Source: Eledone cirrhosa
Taxonomy: Eukaryota
Reading direction: 5' to 3'
Length of the DNA stretch: 64,000 bases
Assembly: GCA_964016885.1 (NCBI GenBank)
Contig: OZ024749.1
Span: 16,368,001 to 16,432,000, forward strand
The translations under genes and the position numbers were made by a program. How positions within the stretch are numbered: the first letter of the stretch is position 1; the number at the start of each line of letters is the position of its first letter. The notes below the pieces were generated by a model. The model ran no database searches. It was not told where the DNA came from and saw only the letters and a program-made list of their open reading frames with translations. This document shows, piece after piece, positions 30,493 through 44,949 of the stretch.

Positions 30493-30545
<53 letters not shown>

Positions 30546-30569
30546 TATATTTATATATGTATATATATA

Positions 30570-31384
30570 GGCATAGGTTAAGAATAACGTCCTCGAAATT
30601 GAAAGTGGATTTTCTGACAAGTGAATGTGTTTTTTTTTTTTACAATGAAATTTACGATACACTCTTTGTTTATTTACAACAGGTCTCTATAGTGATATGG
30701 TGTTAATTAGTATTGCGTGTGTGATTATTTTCTCTTATATATATATGTGTGGGTGTTTATATGTGTGTATATATATGTGTGTCTGTATGTATATATATAT
30801 GTGTGTTTGTATATATATATGTGTTTGTGTCATCATCATCGTTTAGATGTTTTTGTAATATCTTGCCAAAGTTGACACCAACTATAAACAAATTAAGGCC
30901 GGGTCATAAGAAGGACATAAGGGATTTGGGTAAAAACATCTAAACGATGATGATGACACAAACACATATATATATACAAACACACATATATATATACATA
31001 CAGACACACATATATATACACACATATACACACCCACACATATATATATAAGAGAAAATAATCACACACGCAATACTAATTAACACCATATCACTATAGA
31101 GACCTGTTGTAAATAAACAAAGAGTGTATCGTAAATTTCATTGTAAAAAAAAAAAAAAACACATTCACTTGTCAGAAAATCCACTTTCAATTTCGAGGAC
31201 GTTATTCTTAACCTATGCCATATATGTATATCTGTTAGAACACGAAAAGTGTGAAACAACAGAATGTTCACTTTTCGTGTTCTAACATATATGCCTAACT
31301 CCTTCATAAATTTTTCGGGGATAGCCGTGGTGGTGGTGATCGTATGTCATTGGCTAATTTTCAACCAATCAGAGTAAGTGTTGA
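30570..31384. mobile_element. Foldback element with ~285-bp arms and ~165-nt tail
   Basis: 30570-30854 versus 30932-31219. Extra internal hairpin at ~31233-31286. (TA)n flanks. Confidence 0.8.
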
Positions 31385-31389
31385 TATAT

Positions 31390-31720
31390 ATATATATATA
31401 TATATATACTATTCCCCCTCTCTCTATATATATCTTACGCTTTCGCTTTACACTCCTCCCCTTCAATAACACATTTCCCCCTCTCTATATATCTCTTCCA
31501 CTGTTACTTACGCCTGTTTCTCTCTATCTGTTCCGTCTCTATATATATCTCTCTTACTCTTTCGCTTTGCACTCCTCCCCTTCAATACCATCTCTCCCCC
31601 TCTCTATATATTTGTTACTCTATCGCTGCACGCTCCTCTCCTTCAATATATCGATTACACACGCTTTACACTCCTTTATCCACAGCGCCCCTATATATAC
31701 ACCCCCCCCCCCCCTCCCGC
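31390..31720. repeat. Degenerate CT-rich tandem repeat
   Basis: CCCCTCTCTATATAT and TTCGCTTT(A/G)CACTCCTCCCCTTCAATA recur. Confidence 0.7.
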
Positions 31721-32751
31721 ATCTATATTTTAATGTTCCGTTGCACCGTGAATATATGTGTCTATATATATATACATATATATTGTATATACACATTCAT
31801 GTATGTGTATACACACTCATGTATGTATATACACTGGTTTTATGTGTGTATTGTAAATTTGTACTGTTAAAACACGAAACTAACATTCGATTGACACTTT
31901 GATTACCTGTACAGGCAATAGTTATTAGAATGCTGTTGAAGTGTGTATATATTTTGGGGGGACATCCTGTATATACACACATTATATATAATACAATAAA
32001 CAGATAAATACACACATATATATATGAGCTTATTTAATTATAAATATTGTGAATTTTTAACTCAGTTCAATTATATATATAAATGGCTTCTACAGGACTA
32101 GAACTGTTTCATTCGAAAGAAATCATCATAATATTGAGAGGGGGGACTAGATAAAATATTTCAAATCAAATGTGTATAAGTTATAAGTTAAAATGTATAA
32201 ATAGAGACGATAGTGGAGGTATATCTGTTTAGTGGAACAGTAGACGATAGAATTAAATACAGACGAGAGTCTCCCTTTAATGAAACAGCAGACGATAGAA
32301 TTAAGGCAATTTAAATTTTAAGCATTTGCATTTTTGCCTTTCATCGTTACGGGGTCGATAAAATAAAATACCAGTAATACACTGTCACTATAAGTAGACG
32401 ACTTTCAAATTGAATTGTTGGTTCCATTTCTTTAGTATTTTCAATTGTAGTTATCTACTTAAAAAGCGTTACACGGTTAGAGACATAATTGGTAAGTTAT
32501 ATCTTCCCTATTAAACCATTGCATTATTTCGCCTACAATAGAACAAAAATGAAATGTTCTTTAAAGAAACAGGAATATAACTTTATAAAAAAAAAAAGTT
32601 GCATCCGCTTCTTTTATCATTGATAATTTTTTCGTTTTAATATTAATTGTTTTTTGTAGTTGTTTATATTAAAAATCTTACTGTAATATTTACTTAAACG
32701 AAGGCAGACATCTAAACTTATAGATTAATCTTGAGCGAAGGACTAGATAAA

Positions 32752-33151
<400 letters not shown>

Positions 33152-33345
33152 ATATTTATATATATATATATATATATAGCGTATGATTAGAACTGTGTTT
33201 ATTATTAATATTTTAATGGATTTAATGAAAAATTTTAGGTGTTCATATATATATTCTAAAAATGCGCGAAATCGTGAATCCGCGATAGTTGAACCGCCAA
33301 GTAGCGAGGTATCACTGTATATATGTTTAAATATATAGTGTAGCT

Positions 33346-33810
33346 GTGATGTATCTCGCGAGTGAATCGAGACCTGTCACTGATTTTGGTGTCCCCACTG
33401 CCGATGTGAATGAGCAACGCTGCACTTGTGAATTGGGTCTTGATGTTGCAGGCAGTTCATATACTTACAATGATGCGGTCCCACAAGCTTGTTCACATTC
33501 CTGTGCTAATAATCTAGATGGGCGTATTAAATTGGATGTGAAAGCAGCTTACCGGATGCGGAATCGGGAGAAGTTGAGACAAAAACAGGCCGATTATAGA
33601 GCTGTGAATTTTGCTAAATTAACACAAAAACAGGCCAAGTATAGATGTTCAAAACGATTTGAGTTGTCAAACAAGCACGCCAAGTATAGATCTGCAAATT
33701 CAGCTATTATATCTCAAAAGCAAGCCGAGCGTAGAGCTTCTAAACGTACCGAGTTGGCTAAAGAGCAGACCAAGTACAGATCTGCAAATATCTTATTGCA
33801 CAAACAATAA
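33346..33810 (+). CDS. ORF with 15-aa basic helical repeats (KQA.YR), probably transposon-derived
   Basis: 154-codon non-microsatellite ORF; KQADYR/KQAKYR/KHAKYR/KQAERR/EQTKYR at 15-aa spacing. Confidence 0.4.
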   Translation: MMYLASESRPVTDFGVPTADVNEQRCTCELGLDVAGSSYTYNDAVPQACSHSCANNLDGRIKLDVKAAYRMRNREKLRQKQADYRAVNFAKLTQKQAKYRCSKRFELSNKHAKYRSANSAIISQKQAERRASKRTELAKEQTKYRSANILLHKQ

Positions 33811-33835
33811 TTCTGCACAAATGTTGCTCCATTAT

Positions 33836-34017
33836 TTTGGCAGTATTGGTAGAGGGTCGGATGCCATGCTTTCCAGCATAGTTACGTCCCTTTACGATCT
33901 GAGTTCAAATCCTGCCGAGGTTGACTTTGCCTTTCATCCTTACGGGGTAGATAAAATAAAGTACCAGTAATGCACTGGGTAATTGCTGGCCTTGTGCCTA
34001 AAGTAGAAACAATTATT
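33836..34017 (+). mobile_element. tRNA-derived SINE with Deu/Nin-like domain
   Basis: B box GAGTTCAAATCC plus CCTTTCATCCTTACGGGGTAGATAAAATAAAGTACCAG. Confidence 0.85.
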
Positions 34018-34202
34018 AGATCTAATGTTGCAACGATACAGTTAAATGTTGTCTGTGTATTTTAAAAAAGATTTGCTTATAATCTTTTCAAATTTGATTA
34101 CGCCAATGATTCAAGCTCAAATTGACATTATCTAAAAAATTGTACAAACAGCGGTGGATTAGCAGTAGTGAACAGATAAATCAGTCAATTTATTAAGATT
34201 GA

Positions 34203-34856
34203 CTTGGCATCAATCAGCAAGACCTTCATTAGCTGCTCTCCAGCCATCTATTTAAAGCTGTATACATCTATGGTACGAATACACTTGGAGTTCGCGTCAT
34301 CAGTCTGGAACCCCTATCTTTCTCAGAACATTGACCTCCTGGAAACTGTTCAGAGACATGCAACCAAGCGCATACCCTCCATCAGACACCTACCATACCC
34401 TGAATATTTTGCTTCCCTCTGGCAATGGACTTGGTAAACACCCACAAAGTTATTAACCATCCGACCAACAACAACCCCGAACACCTTTTTGATCTCCATG
34501 TGTCTAACACGTGGACATGCCTACAAAGTCAGAAAACAACACAGCTCCCATGACTTTAGGAAATATTTCTTCATGCTCAGAGTTGCTGAAGGATGGAACA
34601 AACTTCCTGCATCAGTTGTTAGCTGATGACACACTGCATCCTTTAAAACCATCATACATTCCGAAATACACCAAAACTACACCTGATGTCCCCCTTCCAT
34701 ACACATGCACATATGTGTATATCATGACTCATGCACTGTTCTTTTTTCATGACGTTTTTATATTACCCTATGTATTATATATGCACTTTTGATGAGTTGT
34801 AGTGCACCTCAGCATTGTACACAATATTTTCATTATTATTATCATTATTATTATTA
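34203..34856 (+). mobile_element. CR1-type LINE 3' fragment
   Basis: LYTSMVRIHLEFASSVWNPY..IDLLETVQRHATKRIP; TRGHAYKV...RKYFF..RV..GWNKLP; (ATT)n tail. Confidence 0.9.
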
Positions 34857-35324
34857 CACTCATTGATCCATTTTGCACTAACTCTGCATCAATCACCCTC
34901 ACCTAAATATTAACCAATCAAGGATCCAATACAGCTATCTGTTGGATGAGTATTGTATAGTGCCAAAAACGAAACCAATCAGTTTAGCAGAAAGTTTCCA
35001 GACAAGAAACACGCATATTTTGCTATCCTCAAACACGTTTACACATGGCATGAAATATAACTAATCCGAGATGGCTAGGTTTCATCTTCTAACTGGATAT
35101 ACGAAATCCATTATGTCTTGACAACAACATGAGGTAACATTATGTTATTCACAGACACACTTTGTACACTGTTCCATATCAGAATGTATTTCCTTCGTCA
35201 CATTCACAAACAGTATTGAAAATATGTTCTTCGGCAAATAAAAATGTTTTGTTCATAATATTTCAACTAGCGATTGCTCTACTCCACGCACGACCACCAT
35301 AAATTAATGACCAGCTCAACACAA

Positions 35325-35497
35325 GTATTGGTAGAGCGTCAGACACCATGCTTTGCAGTATTGTTATGGTCCTTTGCATTCTAAGTTCAAATCCTGCCGA
35401 GGTTAACTTCGACTTTCATACTTACTAATTCGATAAAATAAAGTACCAGTAATGGACTGCCGTAATGGATTTGTGCCGAAAAATAGAAACACTATTA
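35325..35497 (+). mobile_element. Diverged Deu/Nin-like SINE copy
   Basis: AGTTCAAATCCTGCCGAGG...TTTCAT...CGATAAAATAAAGTACCAG. Confidence 0.75.
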
Positions 35498-35999
35498 ATG
35501 TGCAATAAGAGCAAAATATAACGACATTGCTCAATTATTTTATCTAATGTTGTAATAACACAAGGAAATGTTGTTTGTGTATTTATTTTTATATTTGTTC
35601 ATAGGCTTTTACAATTTCGCTCAGCCAACAACTATTAAAAAGTGAGTTGCTTAAGATAAAAATTTAATCACAAATCGTTGCTATCTTTTAATACACTCCA
35701 ACAAGTCATCAAATTATGTACAATAAAAACAAATCTTATTAATTTGCTCAGGGAATATAAAGAAAATGTATATACACTGATAATTGCAATTGTATGTAAA
35801 TATTTTGTTTTTGTATTGTTTATTTTATGTTTTCTATTATGTATAATATATTGATTTAATATTGATTGTTTTTTGTAGTTGTTTATATTAAAAGTCTGAA
35901 AATATTTTTATACATCTTACACTAATATTTATAAGATAATTTATAATAACAATTACATAATCTAATTACATTACAACGATAATTTATTATTAATATATA

Positions 36000-37004
36000 T
36001 CCTGTTTAACTAGAGTTATTACAAGCGTTGCCTTAAAAAAATATTAAACTAGACATGAAAAATGCGCAAGCTCAAAAGTGCCACAGAATGTTATAATAAA
36101 CCTTCAAAAGTGTGGGACTAGAGTTGTTGCTAAAAAATATTGTAATCATTATATATCGTACATTCTGTGGCATCCTTTATAAAAATAGCTTAAACCAACG
36201 AAGCCTTTATTTTTACGCTATTTCACTTAGTTAATTCTTAGAGTGTAACATATAAAAATAAATACATCTATGTTTAATGTAATAACAGCTATAAATAATT
36301 ACGTAATATTATTATCATATACTCATAGTAACAAAATAATTGTGTTGAAAATTAATATGATGCTTATATGAACGATCAAATCTATAATGATAATTTCTTA
36401 AATATACTAATAGTAAAATAATTTAGTTATCTATTGTTACATTTTCATAGAACTATAATATTAACAATCGTATTGCATTATCAAATTTTTATCACTACAA
36501 ACTTTCATATTGGAATTACCTTAAGCCACTTATTATTACTTCGCTTTCGTACTTTTACAACTGTAGATATTGCGCTGTATCTTATATCTAATATCAATAT
36601 CTCATGGTAATTTGCATGCAGTGTAAAATAGGTTTATTAATAACTTTAATATGAAATGTATTATACAGGGCTGCGGAGTCGGCCAAAAATTGACTGGCTC
36701 CAACTCAGGATCCGATATTCCATTATTTCTTAAATTTCAGCTCCGCAGCTCTGTTATTATATTAATTAATTTATTTTATAGTTGTAAATCATATTTTTAT
36801 ATGTTACACTCTAAGAATTAACTAAGTGAAATAGCGTAAAAATAAAGGCTTCGTTGGTTTAAGCTATTTTTATAAAGGATGCCACAGAATGTACGATATA
36901 TAATGATTACAATATTTTTTAGCAACAACTCTAGTCCCACACTTTTGAAGGTTTATTATAACATTCTGTGGCACTTTTGAGCTTGCGCATTTTTCATGTC
37001 TAGT
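36000..37004. mobile_element. Foldback element with 213-bp, apparently identical inverted arms
   Basis: 36048-36260 versus 36792-37004; AT-rich spacer. Confidence 0.8.
36666..36753. mobile_element. 88-bp hAT-type MITE
   Basis: TIRs CAGGGCTGCGGAG / CTCCGCAGCTCTG; 8-bp TSD GTATTATA / TTATTATA. Confidence 0.7.
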
Positions 37005-37267
37005 ACATATATATATATATGTAATGTACTTGTGCGTTGTGTAAACATGTAATAAAATCGGTCACCCAGTTCTAAAATAAACAAACTCGAGGTAACGACG
37101 AATACTGATGAACGTATGTTGCCATTAAATCATCAGTCAACCCTTTTTTGGTGAATCACCGATCTTTCAAATGTCACCTAGGCACATCTGTGCTTGAGGA
37201 GACCCGACATTTTCAGCCGGTTTTAGTTCCGAATGACCTAATTAATTTACACACGTGCAAACACATG

Positions 37268-37362
<95 letters not shown>

Positions 37363-38107
37363 ATGTGTGTGTGTGTGTGCATGTGTGTGTGTGTGAGTAT
37401 GTGTACATGTGTGTGTATATATATATATATAACGTTCTAAGTAGGTCAACAGCACCCGTAGTAGTAGTAGCAGCAGCAGCAGCAGTAGTAGCAGTAGTAG
37501 TAGCAGTAGTAGCAGTAGTAGCAGTAGTAATAGTAGTAGTGATAGTGGGGTGGTGGTGGTGGTGTTGGCGGTGGTGGTGAATGGTGGTGGCAATGATGGT
37601 GGTGGTGGTGGTGGCAATGATGGTGGTGATGGCGATGTTCAACGACTTGCGATCCGTTAAAACTGAACACCAGAACACAGATGTGTGTTGAGAGTTTAAC
37701 ACGTGGTTATGTACAACCTGAAATATGTATTCTACGGGGTTACCTGTGGGATTGTGCTTAAGTAAATATCACCGCCAATGTTGTGAAAGAAAATCTGCTC
37801 TTTCTATATAGAACCAGCCACTCACCTGTGGTGGTGGCGCCGGAGACGATAGCGGGTGTCAAATTTTACCTATATATTTCAGGAGGTATTATGACAGTAT
37901 AACCTATCTTAACTACCCACTTAAAATATTTTAGGGGTCACAAAGATGTATGTATGTTCACTTTTGTATTCCGTATAGGATGACATTGGGTAGCTAGCCC
38001 TTTATATATATATATAGTAATAATAAAAATTTGAAGACTAAAATCCAAAGAGGGCTCGATAAGGATAACTATATATCAAATATATAAGAACCGTAGAGCA
38101 AATATTA

Positions 38108-38161
<54 letters not shown>

Positions 38162-38473
38162 ATAATAATAAATTTGAAGACTAAAATCCAAAGAGGGCTC
38201 GATAAGGATAAATATATATCAAATATATATAGTATAAAAGAGAAAACACAGGTAAGCATTAAAAAAAGGATTTTATCAAGGTATTTACGACCGTTTCATT
38301 CGTAAGTTCAACCTTATATTGCTATACTGCAAATAGCAGCCACTCAATAATAATTGTTGTTCACGTCCAAATTTTCAAAATAGTGAATAAGTTACTCTTA
38401 AAAAGTTGAAAACGTCCATGAAACTGGCTTTCTTAACCACGAACTGGATCACAATAAGCAATTTTCTGCTTCC

Positions 38474-38835
<362 letters not shown>

Positions 38836-39009
38836 CTGATCACCACTGGTACAATAATAACTCCTAATGGAATTGTGAGGTAACTATAATTGGGCGCCGT
38901 CAGAGCCATTTTTATAAATGGGGTTCCCATCCCTTTCCAGGGTTGACTAGACTCCAGCTAATTTTTCCCAGAAATGGAGAGAGAAAAAGGAATTTTGAGG
39001 GAGAAGAAT

Positions 39010-39696
39010 CGATCTCAGTACGTGACTGGTAATTTATTTATCGACCCCGAAAGAATGAAAAGCAAAGTTGAGCCTGACGGGATTTGAACTCGGAGAGAGT
39101 CGGAACAAATACCGTGAAGAATTTTATCCGCCGCGCACTAATCCCTGCCAAATGGCCACCTTTGTGATTATTAGGGTAACATTAATGTTTATTTATCGCC
39201 TATCACATATATTGTTAGTTTGGGTAGCTAGCCACACTTGCAGCACAAGTAGGGGTAACAGAGATGTGCATTTACTCTATAACATGTATAGTATTTACTG
39301 CTTGATCAAAGAGATGAGGGCAATGTCCGTGACACATATTAGGAGCTTTTGTGGCTGGAGGAAGGAAGGATGGAAAGAAGGCATTATTAAACCAGAGAAG
39401 GGTGGTGAATTGGCAGTATCGGTAGAGGGTTGGACATGCTTTCCAGCATAGTTACGTCCTTTTACGATCTGAGTTCAAATCCCGCCGAGGTTAACTTTGC
39501 CTTTCATCCTTATCGGGGTCGATAAAATAAAGTACCAGTAATGCACTGGGATAATTGCTGACATTGCCAAAAGTAGAAACAATTATTAAACCAGAGACAG
39601 GATGGTATATTGACAAAATCGGTAGAGCATCGGACAACATGCTTTCTGGCATATAGTTACGTCCCTTTACGTTCTGAGTTCAAATCCCGTTGAGTT
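39010..39696. mobile_element. Cluster of Deu/Nin-like SINE copies (39010-39155 -, 39400-39588 +, 39600-39696 + partial)
   Basis: Same B box and conserved domain as the other copies. Confidence 0.8.
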
Positions 39697-40498
39697 TCCT
39701 CTCCCCCCTCCCCTCCCACCAAATTGTTCCCCAACAATAAACCCCACCTTGATATCATATATAAAATGAAGTATTTAATATATATATACTACAATATACC
39801 CCACCTTCATATGATATATAACATGAAGTCTTTAATATATATATATATATATCTAAGTCCAAAATTAAGATAAATGAATTAAATGAATTTAATCTAAATC
39901 GAAATCATGGGTGTCATGACATAATGCATGCGCCATAAATCCTGAGAATTTAAGCTCAAAGATAAATAAATCTGAGCATATTATAATAACTAGAGATTGA
40001 TTAACATATAAAAATACATGAATAATCACAGGAGATAATTTAAGCTTGCGTGTAACCGCGCATAGCTAGTTTAGGCAATATTTACCTTTAAGTGTGATTA
40101 TATCACATATATATATGTGTGTGTGTGTGTATATTTATCACAACACTATATGCCACTTTGATATCAAATATAACACTGCGGTTTTAATATATATCTACCA
40201 CAGTAATATATTCCACCTTGACATACATTCTACATGAAGTCTTTAATATATATATATCTTATTTTTTATATTTTTCATCATTTATTTTGTTTTGGCCTGT
40301 TTAGCTTGTTTTGGTTTTGGGCTTGGGTGGTTAATGCTTTCTTGACCACCTTTTCAATTTTGTATGGCTTCTTAACACATTGTTTAGCTCTGGTTTTTAA
40401 CTATTGAGCACTTTGCCAGTATCATTTCTGATTTTTGCGTTTCGCTTCTCTTCGCTTTTCCTGCCCGCCGAAAATGCGATTATCGCTGAATCTTTATT

Positions 40499-40569
<71 letters not shown>

Positions 40570-40749
40570 AAGGAAAGAGTGGTGTATGTATAGTACAGAG
40601 CTATTTAATTATAGATATTTCATTTGGTGAACGAAATAGAGGTTTCTGTTAGAATCGTCTAACTTCGTGAAACCTTGGGCAATGGGATAGTTATATTGTA
40701 TTGTTATAGTTATATTGCCGTTTCGACAGTTAGATATCTGATATATATA

Positions 40750-40834
40750 TATCTATACTACAGCAATATGCCCCACCTCCATATAATATATAACATGAAG
40801 TATTTAACATATATATCTACCACAGCAACGTGAT

Positions 40835-40872
<38 letters not shown>

Positions 40873-41480
40873 ATCATATATAACAAGCAGACTTTAATAT
40901 ATACATATATCTACCACATCAATACATCCCACCTTGATATCATATATACATATATATACACACCACAGCCATATACACCACCTTCATATCATATATATAT
41001 ATATATATATATCTACCACAGTAATATATCCCATCTTGATATCATATTTATATCTACCACAGCTATATACCTACCACAGCTATATGATATCATATATAAC
41101 ATGTAGTTTTTAATATATATCTACCACAGCTATATGATATCATATGTAACATGTAGTCTTTAATATATAACTACCACATCTATATGATATCATAAATAAC
41201 ATGTAGTCTTTAATATATAACTACCACAGCTATATAATATATATAACATGTAGTCTTTAATATATATCTACCACAGCTATGATATCATATATAACATGTA
41301 GTCTTTAATATATAACTACCACAGCTATATATCATATATAACATGTAGTCTTTAATATATATCTACCACAGCTATATAATATATATAACATGTAGTCTTA
41401 ATATATATCTACCACAGCTATATGATATCATATACAACATGTAGTCTTTAATATATATCTACCACAGCTATATACCCCAC
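40750..41480. repeat. ~45-bp AT-rich minisatellite (CTACCACAGCTATATGATATCATATAACATGTAGTCTTTAATATAT)
   Basis: About 9 tight copies at 41050-41475, degenerate copies upstream back to ~39740. Confidence 0.9.
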
Positions 41481-41508
41481 CTTGGTATCAAATATATATA
41501 TATATATA

Positions 41509-41975
41509 TCAAGTAAGTATGTTTTGAAACAGTGAGCGAGTTTGAAATTAGAAAATATATAGCTTTCACCGTATTTTTGACTAAAGGAATTTTAGCCTGA
41601 TAACGGGGTTTAGAACCCTCAGATAAATGGAAAAAGATGAGTATTGACGTACATGGGAGTCGAACCCACATCTTTGGTTATCGCGACCACTGTGCTACCA
41701 TTACACCAACACATCACCATTCAAACACTCTTTCCATTCAAATTACTTACTTGCCATTTAAACTCGCTAAGAATGTAGTTTCTAATTTGAATGGAAAGAG
41801 ATGGGTGATGTGTTGGTGTAATGGTAGCACAGTGGTCGCGATAACCAAAGATGTGGGTTCGACTCCCATGTACGTCAATACTCATCTTTTTCCATTTATC
41901 TGAGGGTTCTAAACCCCGTTATCAGGCTAAAATTCCTTTAGTCAAAAATACGGTGAAAGCTATATATTTTCTAAT
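41509..41975. mobile_element. Foldback element carrying a tRNA-like cloverleaf in each arm
   Basis: Arms ~41547-41745 and 41785-41975, 38-nt left tail, (TA)n flanks. Confidence 0.8.
41807..41877 (+). tRNA. tRNA-like sequence (pseudo-tRNA/SINE head), nominal anticodon CGA
   Basis: Acceptor GATGTGT/GTACGTC-A, D arm GTGT-AATGGTA-GCAC, anticodon arm TGGT-CGCGATA-ACCA, T arm GTGGG-TTCGACT-CCCAT. Mirror copy at 41645-41715 (-). Confidence 0.6.
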
Positions 41976-42317
41976 ATATATATATATATATATCAGAGTA
42001 TATACCCCACCTCGATATCAAATATCTACCTACCAGAATTTGATATGGCATATAAGACACTGTTTTTAACAGGGCAAGGATAACTTGTAAATTAACGGCT
42101 GGGATTTCCAAAATAAACAAATCTCAGATATTGAAGCTGTGTAAAATAATAGTTCGAGATGTGAATTTCGTGTTTACATACATCTATTGTTTCGGAATGT
42201 TTGGCTTGAAAGACTGAACTGTTAATTAAATATAGACAGGAACACACATATATAATGTGTGTGTGTGTGTGTATGTGAGTAGAGAGAGAGATAAATAGAT
42301 ATATGTATATATATATG

Positions 42318-42352
<35 letters not shown>

Positions 42353-42365
42353 GTATATATATATG

Positions 42366-42400
<35 letters not shown>

Positions 42401-42871
42401 GTATATATATATATATATGAATATAGATATACATAGACATATATTTGTATATATATATATATGTATACATATATATGCACATATATATATGCAAACATAT
42501 ATATATATGTGTGTGTGTGTATGCATGTGTGTGTGTGTGAGTAGAGAGAGAGAGATAAATAGATATATGTAGATATATATATATATACATATATATATAT
42601 TTATGAATATAGATATACATAGACATATTTGTATATATATTTATATATATATATATATATACATATATATGCACATATATATATATATGTGTGTGTGCGT
42701 GTGTGTGTGTTTATATATATATATATATATGCATGTATATGTGTACATACCATGCATACATGCACACACACTCCTGAATGAATGTATGCGTGGGTGCATA
42801 TACACACAAGACTCAATACCGGAATTCAATTCAGGTGTGTTAAGGCCTGGGAGCCATAGATACATATGTAT

Positions 42872-42913
<42 letters not shown>

Positions 42914-43068
42914 TATGCGTATACATAGCTACACCCACCCCCACCAACACACACATACATACATATGTATACTCACTTACTCAGGCATCCAAAGACAATC
43001 AGCCCAATACATACACAATTATGTGCACACACATATATTTTTTTTTTCACACATACACACAAATATAT

Positions 43069-43114
<46 letters not shown>

Positions 43115-43287
43115 CTACACAGTGTGGGCACCCTACATCTTCATATCAGGTACAACATAAAAAAACATGCCAAGTTACAGAGAAAGTTAAAACTCCTTAG
43201 AAAAACAATGTATATGTTTGTCTACACTGTGCCTGGTCCGTGTGTGTGTGTGTGAGCGGTGCAAATTATTGTGTGAATCTATAGATA

Positions 43288-43323
<36 letters not shown>

Positions 43324-43324
43324 A

Positions 43325-44346
43325 TCTATATATATAAAGCTGTGGTTGTCTGTCTGTCTATCGATTTTTGGCACACATCTCCTCTTAGAATCTCTCACGG
43401 AATTGCACAGAAATTGCTATACTTGTACATTGAGCCCTAGCGAAGACATCGGAAAAAAAATATTTCAAATTGACCCACCCTATGTGACGAAATCGAATCT
43501 AATGTATCGATTTTTGACCGTAAGTGACGAGTTATTTCCCTTTGTTCTGTTTACATTGAGCGTCTTACGTAAAAAATTACGCTGGCTTTCTCAGCGTTTA
43601 AAATGACATTAACACAATACACGAACAGTTGTCGAGCCAGCAAAATATTGACCTGCAAAATTCATCAGTTCGAACACTAAGCTTCCGTTTTGTTTCATTT
43701 CCATTTAAAAGCCTTTTAAAACAATATTTTTACTTGAAAACAAGTCTATTTAAAGACTACGTAAAACAAGCAAATATTTCATAAAAAAAGCAAAAATTAT
43801 ATAAGTTTATTTAAAATATATGTATCTGTAAATTTCGTTAGGCGTGCAGACAGACAGTCGTGCAGAGAGGTGATATACGCGTGCAGACAGATAGTCGTGC
43901 AGAGAGGTGATATAGGCGTGCAGACAGACAGTCGTGCAGAGAGGTGATATAGGCGTGCAGACAGACAATCGTGCAGAGAGGTGATATAGGCGTGCAGACA
44001 GACAGTCGTGCAGAGAGGTGATATAGGCGTGCAGACAGACATAACTGATAATTTGGTTACGCTAATGTTTTTCTCTGCGTTGCAGTGTTTACATTTTCGA
44101 TCTTTGTTAATAAATAACCAGTGCAGTTTTTATCCCCAGCATCCTCTTTTGTTATAACATTCGGGTTATCGTTATGTTTTCTTAACTTCATAAGGCATAT
44201 TGTTGGTTGAGGGAATATTAATCAAAAACACCACATGCAAGTCTGCACAGTAGACACTACAGTTTTTAAGCCAATAAAGAAACTTAACATTGTAACTTTA
44301 ACACAGCTACTGAGCGACCCCGAGCAACGCCGGGCTTTACTGCTAG
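43325..44346 (+). mobile_element. Non-autonomous Helitron
   Basis: A|TCTATATATATAAAG...(GTCT)n 5' end; CCCG-agcaacgc-CGGG hairpin and CTAG|T 3' end. Confidence 0.85.
43839..44040. repeat. 37-bp tandem repeat (~5.5 copies) inside the Helitron
   Basis: Unit TAGGCGTGCAGACAGACAGTCGTGCAGAGAGGTGATA. Confidence 0.95.
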
Positions 44347-44347
44347 T

Positions 44348-44563
44348 ACATTATAAAGAAAGAAGAAACATTAGATATAATTAATAAGATATACCATACC
44401 CAAATTCCTTGATTAGTCCTCGACTACGTAGTTTCGTGGCATATTATGCAAAAACACGACATCACAGAGATATAGTCGAGGTGAGGTCGGCACCACAAAT
44501 TCAGGGATATATGTGGATATATTCATGTATATGTATGTGTCCGCATGTATCTGTGTATTTCTT

Positions 44564-44566
<3 letters not shown>
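44348..44566. mobile_element. Diverged relative of the 7224/60821 family
   Basis: Shares CCTCGACTACGTAGTTTCGTGGCATA and, inverted relative to it, GTGTCCGCATGTATCTGTGT. Confidence 0.7.
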
Positions 44567-44607
<41 letters not shown>

Positions 44608-44654
44608 TATATATATATGTAGTATGTATATATGTGTGTATGTATAAGTGTGTA

Positions 44655-44715
<61 letters not shown>

Positions 44716-44949
44716 GAATTATTTCCGTCGGAAAGGTACAGGGAAAAAGAGTGCTCTATGTAGGCCACAGAGCTTATTAGTTATGTAATAAACAACATAA
44801 GATAATTATTTCATTTACCAGTGGTTTCTTGAAGGCAGATGTTATGTCTGTCTTCAGTCGTCAGAATGAATAATTCCAGTATTGGCAATACTGCCAATAC
44901 TGGAATTGAACCATCAAGACCGTTGAGGTATGTCATACATCAATTCATG

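Noticed and set aside
41807-41877. Functional tRNA-Ser(CGA) gene
   Set aside because: No long variable arm, G at position 33, several G-U pairs in the acceptor stem, embedded in a foldback element.
43839-44040. CRISPR-like 37-bp repeats (also the 97-bp array at 17.9-18.4 kb)
   Set aside because: Head-to-tail units with no unique spacers, no cas genes, eukaryotic context.
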